A model generated the notes under the pieces. That model did no database searches. It was not told where the DNA came from and saw only the letters and a program-made list of their open reading frames with translations. Positions 46,090 to 62,878 of a stretch of 64,000 bases of DNA are shown in pieces. Both the position numbers and the translations under genes were made by a program. The number at the start of each line of letters is the position of its first letter. The first letter of the stretch is position 1. Source of the DNA: Protoeuglena noctilucae. Its lineage: Eukaryota. The stretch covers positions 930,001 through 994,000 of the forward strand of contig OY253678.1 in assembly GCA_958009085.1 (NCBI GenBank), in the 5' to 3' direction.

Positions 46090-46569
46090 ATGCTGTCCGC
46101 GGCTAGGCGGGCGGGCCGCGCGCTGCAACGGGCGTGGCTGACCGTGAAGGCCGGTGAGCGCCGCAAGGAACTGTTCAGCGCCCGAGGACGATGCGGCCTA
46201 AACGTAGAGCATCGAATGTGCGCTTGAGTGAGCAGAGACGGACGCGGAGAAGCGCATCGCGGCCAAAATCGAGGGGACCGTGGCAGGCTGCGAGCTTATC
46301 GCGGTTAAGGACACTTCGGGAGGGTGCGGGACGATGTACGAGATACGGGTTCTTTCTGACGCTTTCAGGTGACGTTGCCGTGTGCCTTGAGGGCGACTGC
46401 CGGCGACTGCAGCGCGGTTCAGGCATGGAGACCCATCGCTGCGGCCCTTCCGGTGTGCAGGGGCAAGAGCAAGGTGCAGCAGCAGATGCTAGTGATGCGG
46501 GGGCTGCAGGAGGAGGTCTCGCAGTGGCACGGCTTCACGATGATGACCGAGGTGCCGGACAAGCCGTAA
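46090..46569 (+). CDS. BolA-family protein (BOLA3-like, probably mitochondrial)
   Basis: VKDTSGGCGTMYEIRVLSDAFR/GKSKVQQQMLVMRGLQEEVSQWHG; three exons. Confidence 0.85.
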
Positions 46570-46728
46570 GTGCGGTCCTACAGCTGCGCCCGACGCCCCA
46601 ACACTACTCCCCGGTTGTTATGGGTTAACGTGCTTATGTGTTCATGCTCCCTCCTTCAATCAACGACGCTTCGACTTATTAGATAACACCAACTCCAGGT
46701 TCAAAAGTTTATCGTGCTTTCAATTTCT

Positions 46729-48830
46729 TCAGCTGAGTCGATTGAGCAGGTACTGCACCTGCACCTCCTTGGTGAGTGGCATGACCCAGTCGCGGTAAAG
46801 CTCCGCCACCTTCTCCGGACGCACCTTGTAATGCGCGTGGCTGCGGGCGTGACATGGGACGGCGACTGATTGCGGCACCGCCCTTACAAAAGCAGCCATT
46901 GCCGCAACACTCGTAAGTGCCGCCAGCCTACTCAGGTCATACAGGGGATCGCAGATTAGAAACCACAGTCCATGACACCACGCACCTCTTGGAGTCTGCG
47001 CCGAGGGAGATCTCGTCCTGCCCGTACACGGCCGCCTTGGCCCGCACGCGCTCCACCACCTGATCCTCGACCTACGCATGGGGTATGGACCAATCTTGAC
47101 AGGCACTCCATCCCCGTCAACAGTGGCCCCCTCACAGTCTCCATCCCCATTAACCCCACCATGTCCCTTCCACCATCCGTGCCCCTCTCACCCATACCGT
47201 GCGTCCCCCAGCCCTACCCACTCCCTTCCCACCCACCTTGATGTCCGTGAGTGCCTCCATGATGCCCGCCGCGTCTTTCGTTGTGATCAGGTCCGAGTAC
47301 CTCGCGGTATCCGCACGAAATTTGGCATCCGCCACGAACTTGCCGTAGTGGATGCGCTTGGAGAGGGCCTGGGGGAGAGGTGGGGTGGGGAGGTGTCTTG
47401 AAAGGTTGTGAAGGGACGTGCGCGTGTGCTTGCAAGGCGGCGGGAAGGTGGTGTGAGGTGATGGGACGTGCGTGTGTGCGTGTGCGTGTGCGTGTGAGGC
47501 GAAGAGGTGTCTCAGAGACAAGGGGACACGCCCACACGTGCACGTAAGCGTAGGCAACACAGCGTGCCCCGTGCCACCCCTCGCCTGCAGCAGCAGGACG
47601 TCGTGCATGGCCGCGCTGCCGTAGTTGGCGTCATCGCCCTCCGCCGCGATCCCGGGGAGCAGCTCCTCCAGATACTCTGCCAGGATGCGACGGTTGATGT
47701 TCACGCCCTTCCCCGCCTGCGCAAGCGAGACACGGCCCCAATCGTTGTCACCAGGCACGCCCACATTCAGCGCTACTCACACATCATGTAGCACCCCACG
47801 ACTTCTGTGCTTGCGACTTCTGTATTGCCGCTTGGCCCGCGCATCTGCTGCCCTAGGCCCTACCCTCCAAACACAGTCTGCCTGCATTTTCTCTCAATAT
47901 CACGCTCAATATCACGACTCGCCTGGTGGATCTCCTGTGGGTAGTTGATGGGGGGCAGCACCAGGGGCGGCTGGTACTCTGGGAAATACGGGTGCTCATC
48001 CGGAGACGTGTAGCGGCGGATCTTGCCGTGGACCTGCTCCGTCTCTGCAGAGGGGCGGAATGGGGCGGGAGTCATGTAGGCCTACGCATTGGTCGCACTG
48101 TGGCTGCAGCCACTGTCACGTTGCTGAGGAGTCATGGGAGTGCGCCTTGCACCCTTGCGGGCATGCGTCCTGTGCCGGCAGCTGCACATACGCAGCGGCC
48201 GCTACACTCACCAAGCAGCAGCCACTCCATGAAAGACAGCTGCCGGCCGTCTTGCGCGTAGGCGGGGACCGGGATCGCGCCCGGCTGGTATATCACGCTG
48301 TTGCGCTTGAACTGCGCGCGCTCTATGATGTTGAAGATAATCGTCTCCTCCTGGCGGATCTGCGGTGGCAGGGGAAGAGGGCCATGCGTCAAAACAGGCC
48401 GTGCTTTGTTGGCCAACCTCGAGATGTGGCGTCATCTGCCCAAGGCGCGAGCGTCGCGCCGAATCCAAGCGCACCAGGGACTGGCGGATGTTGCTCAGCG
48501 TCAATTGGTTGCTCGTGTCAATTGATGCGGCCACCGACGTCCCCAGGCTGTCCGAGCGAGAGAGCGACCGCCGCGCCACGTCCTGCATCTGCGCCGCGTC
48601 GCGAGAATCCACCGCGGAACCCTGCGCGGCGGAAGCAATATTCCCGTTTCCACCGTCTCGTCCCGGAGCCGGGCGACGGATGCCCGCGGACGCGCGCGGG
48701 GCGGATGTCGACGGCCCACCTGGCTGCATCCCGCGGTCATGGTCGACGGGCTGCTGGCCGCAAGCCGGCCCCAGCACCGATGCGATGGCAGTCGTGCTGC
48801 GGAGGGCAGCGCTGCGACTGCCAGGGCCAT
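46729..48830 (-). CDS. CM: Chorismate mutase, eukaryotic type; start approximate
   Basis: LTLSNIRQSL/IRQEETIIFNIIERAQF, RRYTSPDEHPYFP, DDANYGSAA..LQ/ALSKRIHYGKFVADAKF, WVMPLTKEVQVQYLLNRL. Confidence 0.95.
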
Positions 48831-49332
48831 AACCCGCTCAGAAGCTCACGGGCTCGTGCGCACCCCCGGGGGTGCTCGGCCTCGCGTCGATGGGGCCCTT
48901 CTCGGACGGCAACGCGGACTCGCGGGCACCAGGAAGACGAACGCTATAGCTTTTGTCGCACCCAAGGCCGAGGCCCCTCCCAGCTGGCAGATCACGGAGG
49001 GCACGACTGTCCACGATTTCTTGAGCGCGGAAGGCGCTGACAGAGCCAACGAGGGTTCCAGAGGTGCGCAAGGACGACAATCTTGCCGTCGTTCAAGCAA
49101 TGGCAGTCTGATGCGCCGGAACCGGCGAGCTGCCAGAGGCTTGCACCGCCAGTTGAGCTGACCGGCTTGATGAATGAGCTGAAGAAGCGGCGGTGCGGCA
49201 GAAGACGCCGTCGTGGGTGCGATGAGCGAGCCCGACCACCTTACTGTATGTGACCTGCAAACAGGAACGCATCCTTGACTGCGGAGACCTTGTGCCGCCC
49301 CTGCTGTCGCCGATACTTGCTTGTCCGCCGCG

Positions 49333-50407
49333 ATGGCGTCTGCTCGCTCGATAAGCGGTAGCAGTCTTTGTGGTGAGCCCCCCATCGCGGCCTATCGGGC
49401 CCTCGGTGAAGCGCGCGGGCAGAGTTTACTCAAGACTTCAGCCACGGCGCCCTGGCTCCCTCCCCGCCCGCAGGTCGACGGGTGCAGGCTCGCGTATCGA
49501 GAAACGCGGTGTCATCTCGCGGGCGGCTCGTCGTGCGCAATCTCTTCACGGGCATCGTGCAGGGGACCGCGGTGGTGCGGGCGGTGCAGGACCGGCACGA
49601 CAAGCTCTCTTGGGCGGGAGATCAAGCGGTGTCGTTCCGGACGATCCAAGTGGAGGTGTGCGAATAGCGCACTGCTCCCGGGCGCCCCGTTTATGGCCTG
49701 GCAGGGTCGGGATGCCCACCTATGCACTCGCCGCCGTCGCAGTTGCCAGCGGAGCGCAGCCAGGGGGTGCAGATCGGTGCGTCCGTCGCCATCAACGGGA
49801 CCTGTTTGACGGTCAACCGCGCGGACGGCAACGTGCTGACTTTCGACGTGATAGAGGAGACGCTGCGGCGGACGAACCTCGGGTCCCTTCAGCCGGGGTC
49901 CTCTTGCAACTTCGAGCGCAGCGTGCGATACGGCGAAGAGGTCGGGGGCCACACCGTCAGCGGGCACGTGCAGACGTGCGCCACGGTGGCGGGGATCGCC
50001 AGGACGGAGTCCAATCAGCGATGGCAGCTGCAGCTGCGTGACGCCAAGCTGATCAAGTATGTGCTGCCCAAGGGGTTCGTGGGGGTCAACGGCTGCTCGC
50101 TCACCGTCGGGGAGGTCGGCCCGGACTGGTTCAGCGTCTACCTCATCCCAGAGACGCTGCGAGCCACGACGTTTGGGCGAGGGTTGCAGCGGCGCTGCTG
50201 TTCGGGCTCAGCGGGGTGACACCGGGGAGTCAAGACACCTCAAGTTACTTGCTCATTGCTCCTCGCAGGGTGATGGCAGAGGGGGACGTGGTGAATATTG
50301 AGGTGGACGCGCAGACGGTGGCCATTGTCGACACGGTGGAGCGTGTCGTGCGGGACTACTTGCCCAAAGCGGCAGGGGCTGGGTCCACGAACGGTGCGCA
50401 ATCATGA
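49333..50407 (+). CDS. Riboflavin synthase (alpha chain), plastid-targeted
   Basis: LFTGIVQG, GASVAINGTCLTV, NFERS..GGHTVSGHV, KGFVGVNGCSLTV, YLIPETL, VNIEVD. Confidence 0.94.
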
Positions 50408-50548
50408 GACGGACCTTGCGGGCGAGGTGGAAGAGCTGTTGAGGGGAGGCGGGCATCGAGAGTGGTGGGTGCGGGGTACGGGGACAGGCTGGCGCGCCGT
50501 GTGCTGGATCGGTCGTTGGCAGCTGTGGCGGCATTGCTGTCGCATTAG

Positions 50549-53958
<3,410 letters not shown>

Positions 53959-54081
53959 GGCCACAACGGAAGGAGACTAGCAGCCTCCCTCACTCGGCCT
54001 TCCTCGCCCTCCTGGCCTTGGCCTTCGGCGCGCCCTCCTGCGACGCAGATGGCGCGTCCGCGCCCGAGTCGCTCGGCGCGC

Positions 54082-54397
54082 TCAAGGCCTCCCTGCGGAG
54101 CCACGGGAGCGCGAACTGTGACAGCGTCAGCCGGGGCGCAAGAGGAGACCAGGGAGGCGCAAGTGCAAAGCCGCACCCGAGCCTCTGCCACGTCAGGATG
54201 GCAAAAATCGAGACTCCGACCACGATCGTGACGATGAGCTGCTGCCGCTCGACCGGGAGGGTCCGCGAGAGGCCCAAGGCGATCAGGGTGGCCTGGGTCA
54301 GCGAGATGGCCCCGAAGACCGCCAGGAATAGCACGACGATGGGGCGCAGGGGGCCCGTGACCAACGCCCAGAGGTCGTTCAAGAAGTCAAGCGCCAT
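54082..54397 (-). CDS. Small two-TM protein (~84 aa), function unknown
   Basis: Exons 54397-54177, 54115-54082; MALDFLNDLWALVTGPLRPIVVLFLAVFGAISL..QQLIVTIVVGVSIFAILTW, GC3-rich codons. Confidence 0.65.
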
Positions 54398-54754
54398 GGG
54401 CTCCTGTTCCACCGCCCAATGGGGAGCGGCCGACGGCGTCCCTCAGCTGCGAGAGGTGGCGCTTGAGCTGCAGGGCCTGGATGTCGGCGCGGTTCAGGGC
54501 GCTCGTGACCTGATGCCGCGCGAGGAGTATCTGGGTGATGACCGCCTCGTTCCTACTGCATGGCAGAGCGGTTGGACGGCGGGCCGTCACAGAAAAGACC
54601 GACGACCGCCGCGCTCTATGCCCCGCGCATTACCAGTGCAGCCACGATCCCGGCGCACAAACCGGGGGGACAAACAGGGCACTCCTTGCCTGATGGCCTT
54701 GTCAAGTCCTTCCAAGAGCGCCGGGTGCCTCGCTGTGGTCTCCTCACGTGCCAT
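54387..54754 (-). CDS. Small coiled-coil protein (~77 aa), function unknown
   Basis: Exons 54754-54690, 54555-54387 (GC-AG intron, phase matches): ..LLEGLDKAIS/RNEAVITQILLARHQVTSALNRADIQALQLKRHLSQLRDAV. Confidence 0.55.
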
Positions 54755-55179
54755 CAAGGGACCACTCGCGGCCGGGTGGGACGCAGGCGAGCAATGTGTC
54801 GTTCACAGATAAGATTGGCGAAGAGCGATTGGCGGAAGGTAAACGGGGGCCGCGCACAGGCCACTGGCAAGTGCGACCCGACTCAGCGACCCGGCACTGC
54901 GGCCCCTTTGAGCACCGCTAGGTCCGATGAGCATGGCCAGACTATCGCGAACGCGCTCTCCGCGTCCCGACGTGTTGGAAGACCTTTCGTCGACCTCGAC
55001 GCGCTTCCCGGGGCTCTAGCGAGTATAATTGAGCTCGCTGCGCACCCTGACTTGTTCCTCGAGGGTGTCGAGCACGCGAGGAGCTCCGGGACCTCATCCG
55101 CGGGCCAAGGCGGGGCTCCGCTGCCCTAACGGTACCTTCGTGGCCGGGAGTCAGCGCCAGCGAGGGTGGTTTGGCCCCG

Positions 55180-56488
55180 ATGGCGCTAGCAACATGTGGC
55201 TCTTGGAGCCCTGCGCTGCTCGGGTCGCCCGCGCCCCCGGGAAGGAGGGTCGTGGTGGAGGGACACCGCGGCAAGAGGCGACCGTTTGACAGGCTCACTT
55301 TCCGCGAGCGACACGGCCTCAAGTGAGCGCGCGGAGCTCCCATGCGACGTCGATATTGACAAGGTCGCGTTGCGTGCCCGCGAGATCGCGCAGGCGACCG
55401 CAGGCGCGCCACGACGCCCTGCCTGCCAGCAAATACCGCGGCACGCTGACCCCGACTCCCCCGGCTTCCAGCGGCCGCAGGGGCCAGGCCAACCTGCCGA
55501 CACCCATCGACCAGCCGTTCAACAAGCTCCCTCCAGAAGGGTCCTTGCTCAGGCGCGCAGCTGGCGCGGGGGCCATGCGCTGCGCGAGCTGCGCCCTAAC
55601 TCGCACCGTGCGCGAACATCCGCACGCCTCCGCGACCCCCGCAGCCCCGACCAAGAGTTTTGCGATCCGTATCACCACAACTGCCAGGAACTCATGTACG
55701 TTTGGGAGGCCAAGTGCTCCCACTGCAGCGGGACAGGCCAGGCCGTGTCCAGTGAGCAAATGACCGCCGCGACCGCCGCTGCGCGTCTTGTCCTCGCTTT
55801 GTCGCACGCGCGACATCCTGTGACCCGCCGGCGCCGTCCCTCGCAGGCTACGGCAGCCGCTCGCGGGCGATGTTCACGTGCCTGGTCTGCCACGGCCTGG
55901 GCTACGTGCGCAAGACCAGCGCCCGAGAGCCCGAGCACGTCCAGGCGAGTCGCGCAGTGCATCGCCGACACGACGCTGGGCTCCTCTCGCCGTCGCTTGA
56001 GTGTTCCCGATCCTTGTGGACCTTTCGTAAGACCCCTCCGTGTACGTACTTTGCAGGAGGCCTTAGGCCGGACCATCAGCCGCCCGGTGCCGACGATCGA
56101 CGGGAACAGGGCGGCGCAGCTGCGGGAGCAGGCCGAGCGCGGGCGGAGGCTGGTCAGGACCCTGGAGGAGCGGGCAGAGCAGCAGGCGCGCATTGCGGCC
56201 GAGGCCAAGCGGGCTGGGGCGCGGGGGGATGGGGGTGCGGCGGAGGCGCCGCGTGGCGGCGGCGACGGTCCCGGCGACGGGGCCCAGTCTGCGGGGCCGA
56301 GCGGTGGCGGTGGCTCCTACGGGGCGAACGGGGCGAGGCGTGCGGGTGGGGCCGACACGACCGTAAAGGGTGGGACCACGACACACCCTGGCGGGGCCGC
56401 GGGCACCCAGCGCCCGAGCGCACCTCGCGGCGGAGGGCGCATGCGAGACGGCCTGCCCGACATGCAGCCCGCGGCGCCCAGCACGTGA
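55180..56488 (+). CDS. SCO2/CYO1-like plastid DnaJ-type zinc-finger protein
   Basis: EFCDPY..ELMYVWEAKCSHCSGTG..TCLVCHGLGYVRKTSAR; five exons in frame; low-complexity C-terminus. Confidence 0.7.
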
Positions 56489-56875
56489 CAGCATGTGACG
56501 GGCAATGGCAACGGGCGGCCGGAGCCACGTGTACCTTTGTACGTTTCAGCAGCACGGAGAGGCCCTTGTCAGCCTCGTGTCTGCCGCCTCCGGCCGCCTT
56601 GATCGCTTTTTGTGGAATCCTAACCCCTTTCCCAGCTATGCGCACGGACTGCCGTCGCATGCGCATGCGACGCCCCCCTTGGCGCCGGTCCCAGCACCGG
56701 CCTCCCCTGTTGGCCCTTTGCACGCAACACATTCAAACGGTAACCGGACAAGCTGTTCTGATGGTGGGTGGGTGGACCTATGCAAAGGGACCTACGTGAC
56801 AGTGAGGGGCAGCTAGTGCGGCTCGCGAGCGCCGCCCTACCCTCTCAGCACGTCCCTGCCTGGACCTAGCTCCGG

Positions 56876-56995
56876 CCCCATGCCAAAGGCATGCGACTGT
56901 CTGACGTGTCACCCTTTCCTCCCCGGGCCCATGCCAAAAGCATGCGACTAACACGTCACTCGTGACGCCACGCCCCATACCCAAGGCATGCGACT
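56876..56995. repeat. Three ~50-bp tandem units with hairpin core between convergent genes
   Basis: CCCATGCCAAAGGCATGCGACT (with variants) at 56876, 56928, 56973. Confidence 0.85.
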
Positions 56996-57015
56996 ATATA
57001 CAACGCATCAACGCA

Positions 57016-60000
57016 TCACACGTTGCGGCCCGGCCCCATTCCGAACTCAAAGGAGTTCCGGGTCTCCACGCTCTTTCCAGACAGCATCGAATCGCTCAGT
57101 GCCGACCCCCGCCACACCTCCCCGTCCCCCTCGCGCCTCCCGCCCCCGTCCTCCGTATGCACGCGCCCCAGCCCCGCCCCCACACCGCCCTGGCTGTGGC
57201 TGTGGCTGTGGCTGTGGCCCCCGCTCCCGTGCAGCCCCTGTGACTCCGCGTCGCTGTTGCTCGCCGCGCCGCGCCCCAGCAGCCGCCTACCGCTGAGCGA
57301 ATGGAGCATGATGGACCCGAACGCGCTCGCACCCTCAGGGACCGACACTGCCGCCTGGCCACGGGGCCGCGAGGGCCGCCGGCCACGGCTCGCGCCCGTC
57401 GACCCGGTCATCGTCTCGCTCCCGCTCGCGCTCCCACTCCCGCTCCCGCTCCCCGCCACCCCCTTGCCGCCCGCACCGCCCGCCGCACCCTCCGCCTCCT
57501 CCCTTGGCCCCACCCCCTCTTCTCCCTGGCTATGCGCGCTGCCCCTCTCCCGCGCCGCACCACCCACCCCCTCCTCGCGCCCCTCAGGAACTGGCGCCAT
57601 AAATGACCCTCGCCCCACCCCCACGCCCACCCCCACGCCCATACCCCCACCCGCCCCGTGAGCTCCTGCATAGTCCTCCTCGCCCTCAGCACCCCCCGCC
57701 AGTGCAGTAGGCGCCGTGGACGCGTCGTCGTCCATGCCATCGCCGGGGAGTGACGGGGGGGTGTTAGTAGGGAAGGGCGGGATGGGGTGAGCCTCAGATT
57801 GGCCGCGGGGGGTGTCGGTGCTACTGTGGGGGGAGGACAGCATGTCACCCTGCGGGAAGGGGAGAGGGTAGCAGAGGTGGGTGATAGATGGGTGGGGTGG
57901 TGCTGGTGAGGGACTCGGTGGCATGCGAGAGTTGGTAAGTAAGCTACGATTGCACATGCTCATATCAAATTCATGCTTAGATTCATCAACCCCACGCAGT
58001 CACACATCCCCATGTTCATACCAACCCCCTGCTATGCTCATATCAACACCCACACCACAGCCCACCCCACACCGCCCATGCATGCACCCATCTTCATGCA
58101 TGCACCCGTCCCCATACTCCTACTCCTCACCTCGCGCGAGGCCTTGCGGCTGACTTGCTGCGACCCAGACCGAGACGCAGCGGGCGCGCTGTCCTGCCTC
58201 TCAAACACCCCCTTGCCGCTGTTGGCGCGCTCCCGTCCCGCGGGCGACAGCGACGGCGCGCTCTCCTGCTTCATGGGGAGCACGCGCTTGCCGAACGCCG
58301 CGGAAGCTCCGGACGTCGACGTCGTGCCCGAGGTGTCGATCCGGGGCCCGCCGTCGCGGAAGTTGAAACTGGGGTCCTGGCGGTACAGAGCGTAGGGACC
58401 GCCGGGGGAGGTGGCCGCCAGCCCCACGCGGGGGGGTGCTGGGTTGAAGGGCCCCGCGATGCCAGCCTCAGACGCACGCGCTGAGTGCATCTGGGGCCGC
58501 AGCTCGTGGCTGGAGGGCTCGACGGACAGCGGGGCGTAGCGCGGTCGGCGCAAGGTGTTGAGGGTGCGGTAGCTGCGTGAGGATCGATTCCAGTAGCGCT
58601 CGTCTCCCGATGTGACGGATGCCCGGGACTCGTAGCGGGATACCATGTTGCTGGGGGGCTGGGAGGCGCCGTACTCGGTGCCTGGGGGGGGGTGGGTGGG
58701 GGGCTTGAGGGTGAGGTGAGGGTGAGGGGGAGGGGGAGGGTGGGGTGAGTGTGAAGGTGAGGGTGCGGGTGGGGGTGAGTGAATGGTCGGGAGTGCTGGG
58801 GACGAGTCGACATCTGAGCCATGCGTCAACTAGTACTAATAAGAGCCATCGAGGTACTGTACTGTACCATCAAACCATGTTGCGTCCCCCAACCCCCACT
58901 CCCGCACCTGACAGCCCCGGTGGCACAAACGATGCCTGCCCCTGGAACCCCCGGTGCCCATCGGACGCGTCGTGCCACTTCTGAACACTCTGGAAGGAGT
59001 TGAAGCGACTGACCATGTCTCTCGCCACGATCATGTGGGTGCCGGGGCCGCGGTCGGGCGCGGGGGGGCCGGGGGGCATTTGGCGGAAAGAGCGGGGGTC
59101 TAGTGAGCGCTGGCCTGCGGGGGAGGGGCGCGGGAGGGGATGACACGCACGCGTCTGCGCACGTGTGGGCCATTGCAGCAGTCCCTTTTGATGCTGAAGA
59201 AGGTTGAAAGTCTCCTCGCCACCCCGCCCCACCCTCGCCTGCACCGCCCACCACCTACCACCCCACCTACCACCCCACCCAACCCACTCGCCTGCCCCCG
59301 GCGCGTCCGCATCCGACGCCGTATCGTAGATCCCCTTTCCCCCCGAGTCGGTTTTCGTCAACGCACGGTGCTGCGGCGGAGACCCAGGCACCCCACCCCC
59401 ACCGGGCGGACTCATCCCCATCCCCTGCATCCCAGGCACCCCAGGTAACCCCTGCATACCGGGCATGCCCGGCATCATCCCCCAGGGCCCCCACGGCGGC
59501 ATCATGCTCCAGGGCATGCCCGGGAAGGGCATACCTCCCGGGAAGGGCATACCCACCCCCCCCGGGAAGCCCGGCATGCCCATGCCGGCCATCGGGGGCG
59601 CCCCGAACGCCCCCTCGCTGCCCCCGGGCATCTGCGAGAGGCGCTGCGAGGGCCGACGCGATGCGGTGCTGCTCGCCATCGTGTTCGATGCAGACGGTAT
59701 CGTGGGCAGCACCGGCGTGCGGGTGCCCTCCAATCCCGACTCGGCCTGTCGAGGCGTGCTCACGCCGCTGCCGCCCATCCCCGGCGCCCCCGTGAAGCCC
59801 ATTAGTGCCGCTTGCACCGCCATCGCCTGCTGCATCATCAGGCTCATCGCGTGGGGGGTGCCAGCGCCTGGCGGGCCGTAACCCCCCGGCCCCGTCGGCG
59901 GCGGCGGCGACCCCGCTCCGTTGCCGTAGATGCCAGCGTGGGAGTCCTGGGATGCGGCGATCGACGGCGCCGCGGGGCGCGACGTCGCACGACGCATGCT

Positions 60001-62143
60001 CTCTGCCGCCGCACCCAGCGCACGACCCCGCATGCCCATCGAGCTGTCCCCTTCTGTATCCTCCCTCCCAACCTCCACATCCTCCACAGCCACCTCCACC
60101 ATCCCATCCCCACCCTGCACGTTGCCACGGCCGCTCCCGCCGTCGTCGCCCCGGCTACCCCTCCCCCGCTCCCGCTCCCGCTCCCTCGCCCGCCCGCGCT
60201 CCCTCGCACGCCCCCGCTCCCGCCGCCGCTGCTGCGCCTTCTCCCTGCTGCTCTTGTCGTCGTCCTCTCCCAACGACCGCTGTCGCGACTGCTCCGATCC
60301 ACGGGACGAGTTGTTCTCTTTCACTAGGTACTTGTCGCGGGGGAGGGCGTCGCGGCGGCGGGTGTGGCCGTTGGCGGGGGTGGCGGGTGATGCGGCGCCG
60401 CCGTTGGATGCTTGGCTGCGGGAGGGCGCCTGGTGGGGGGGGTCGGACCTGTGGGGGGTGAGGGGTGGTGATGGTGAGGGCTGGTGGGGGATGGCGCAGG
60501 TAAGTGTGTGCGTGTTGGTATGCACCTGAGCTGCAGAGCCCTTTACCTGAATGGCTTGGGGAGTAGCCTCATGGGCGATGCTCCCTGGCAGTGCATAGCT
60601 ATACACGATAGGCACATACGTGTTGACATCTATCTCACCTGAATGGCTTGGGAAGTAGCCTCGTGGGCGACGCTCCCTGGCAGTCAGCGCGTAGGAGTGC
60701 GGTGAGCCACGGTCGGTGGGTGGCAGAGAGGAAGGCGTGGGCGGAGAGGAGAGAGCACCCTAAGAGGGCGAAGATGCCGAGGAGAGCGGGGGCCGCAGGG
60801 TCCCAGGGGCTGCCCACCTGGGGAGGGAAGGGAGGGAGGGGTGGTGAGACGTGAGGGTGCGAGGTGAGAGGTGACAGGTGAGGGTAGGGTGGGAGGAGGT
60901 GGTGGGTGTGAGGGGTGCAGGGATGGTGAGGAGTGAGCGGGTGGGGTGAGGAGTGCAGGGCGAGGTGAGAGAGCAAGAGAGATGGGGCACGGGCCAGTGC
61001 GGGTGCGAGACTGCCCGTAGGGGTGGGACCGCATCGGCAGCCACGTGATATGATGAATCGTCACTGCGCTGCCCTCGCCGCGCCTGAGATCGGCCCCGCG
61101 GCGCTCACCAGGTCAGAGTGGTCGAGGTGACAGGCGGCGTGGGCGTGGAGAGACGAGGCAGAGGCTGCGAGGAGGGCCAGGCAGATGGCCCAGGCGGGTA
61201 GACCGATACATAGACATGCGGCAGATGACATGGCGCGGCGAGAGTACGATGCTTGGAGCCACGTCGCGCCATCGAAAGATCCAGGTGCGGTCACGAGGGC
61301 CAGCACGACGGCCGAGACGCCGAAGAGCGCCGCGGCCGCTCCCTCGAGCGCCGATGCAGATCTCCCGCGGAGTAGTCGCGAGGCACTGCCCTGCGGGGGG
61401 TCAGGCGAGCGGCGGGGCTGCAGCAGCCGACCGATGGGGACGGTTAGGTCGCGCGGCGGGCGGTTTGGCGCGGAAGGGGGGCGCGGCGTTTACGGCTGCA
61501 CAACAGCTGTATAAGCTGCATATTGGACGGCTCTGCGACCCACCGAAGAGGAGGCGCATAGGGAAACGAGCATACCCCCCGTGCTCCTGTCCACCAGCCC
61601 TGCCGCCGCGCATGCGAGGACGAACGCCACCCATGCGATCGCGTTGGAGAACAGCAGAAGGATCTTGTGCAGCTGCGAGGGTGCAGATTCGCGAATGGGC
61701 CACGGCGCGCGCGCCCCGTCCAGCCTAGATGCGAGGGCATCCGAGGCGCTCGCGCCACGCGCACCAAACGACACGCGAGGCGTTTGAGCGTGAATGTGAC
61801 ATGTATGTATCCGGCAGACAAGCCACTGCGCGCCGGGAGGATGCCGGCGCAGGACACAAGGCTGCTGCTCCGGAGATATGCTGGGCTCACCAGCGGCAGG
61901 CCGTGGAAGAGCGCGAGTTCCGTCGGCACCGTCTCGCCTGGAAACCCCGCAAGCTCCGTCGCGTTGTCCTGGACCCAGATGATTAGGCGCAGCGGCATCT
62001 GGTGGGCGCGCAGGAGGACATGGCCGTCCCTGACGATCTGCGGGAGCACAACGCGAGTAGGGGTCCACCGTGACCAACACGTTTCGCCACAAAGGCATCA
62101 TCGCGGGCGGCGGCCAGGGCCTAAACTGCGGAAGGCGGTTCAT
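57016..62143 (-). CDS. Large unknown protein: N-terminal multi-pass membrane region, long disordered C-terminus; 5' end uncertain
   Basis: Hydrophobic exons (KILLLFSNAIAWVAFVLACAAAG, ALFGVSAVVLALV, AWAICLALLAA, ALLGIFALLGCSLL) then long S/R/G/P/M-rich exons (~59292-60430, 58131-58681, 57016-57741) bounded by splice sites. Confidence 0.6.
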
Positions 62144-62878
62144 CGTCCCGCACCTCGCCGCCACTCCCGGCTGACAGTCGCCTTGGCCCCGCAAAGGCCC
62201 GGATAGTTTGACATCTCAGGCAGAGCCCATCGTGCGCCTGGTCTCCGGGTGGTAGGCGGCTCCGTCGGGCTTCGTAAAGCGCACCAACGCCGCGTCTGGC
62301 GCCGGAATGCCAGCAGCTTCCCTGCGCCCTTAACCGCGCCTCCCCAGCATCTCCTCCTCTCTCCGCTCCGTCGGCTCAGCAAACCGACCAGAGACACGCC
62401 GAACTTCGGAGCTTCACTGGCCCTTCTCCCCTCGCGTGCCTCGCATGGACCGCGCATGGGGGTGATGGCTGCCGATTATTCACCGCGGTGATCCAAGGTG
62501 GATCGTCGGCTGGGCCGCCCGCCGTTTGAGGCCAGCGGACCCGCCTGAGGGCAGCGGGGAGGAGCGCCGAAGCGTCTTAGCTCGCAGCCGTTGAGGAAGT
62601 CGTGGGAGGAGATCGCATCCCATAAGGCGAGTCTTTACAGCTTTGGCATCCCTCCCATCCCTCGAAGTCGCCCTGGGAGGATTGGGGAGGATGGAGGGGG
62701 GAGAGGGGGGGTGGTTGCTGCCGGAAAGCGTCATCTGAGACCAGCATTGGATTCTGTGAATACATCCGCGCATGGGGCGATCTCGAGTCCGCTTACGTCG
62801 TCTCCGCAGGGCCATCTCGTGCGCCAGTCCCTCGCCGAGACTGCCCCTCGCCGTTCCGCGCGATTGCAAAGCGGCGCC

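Noticed and set aside
56876..56995. CRISPR-like repeat-spacer look
   Set aside because: Only three degenerate units, spacers resemble each other, eukaryotic context, no cas genes.
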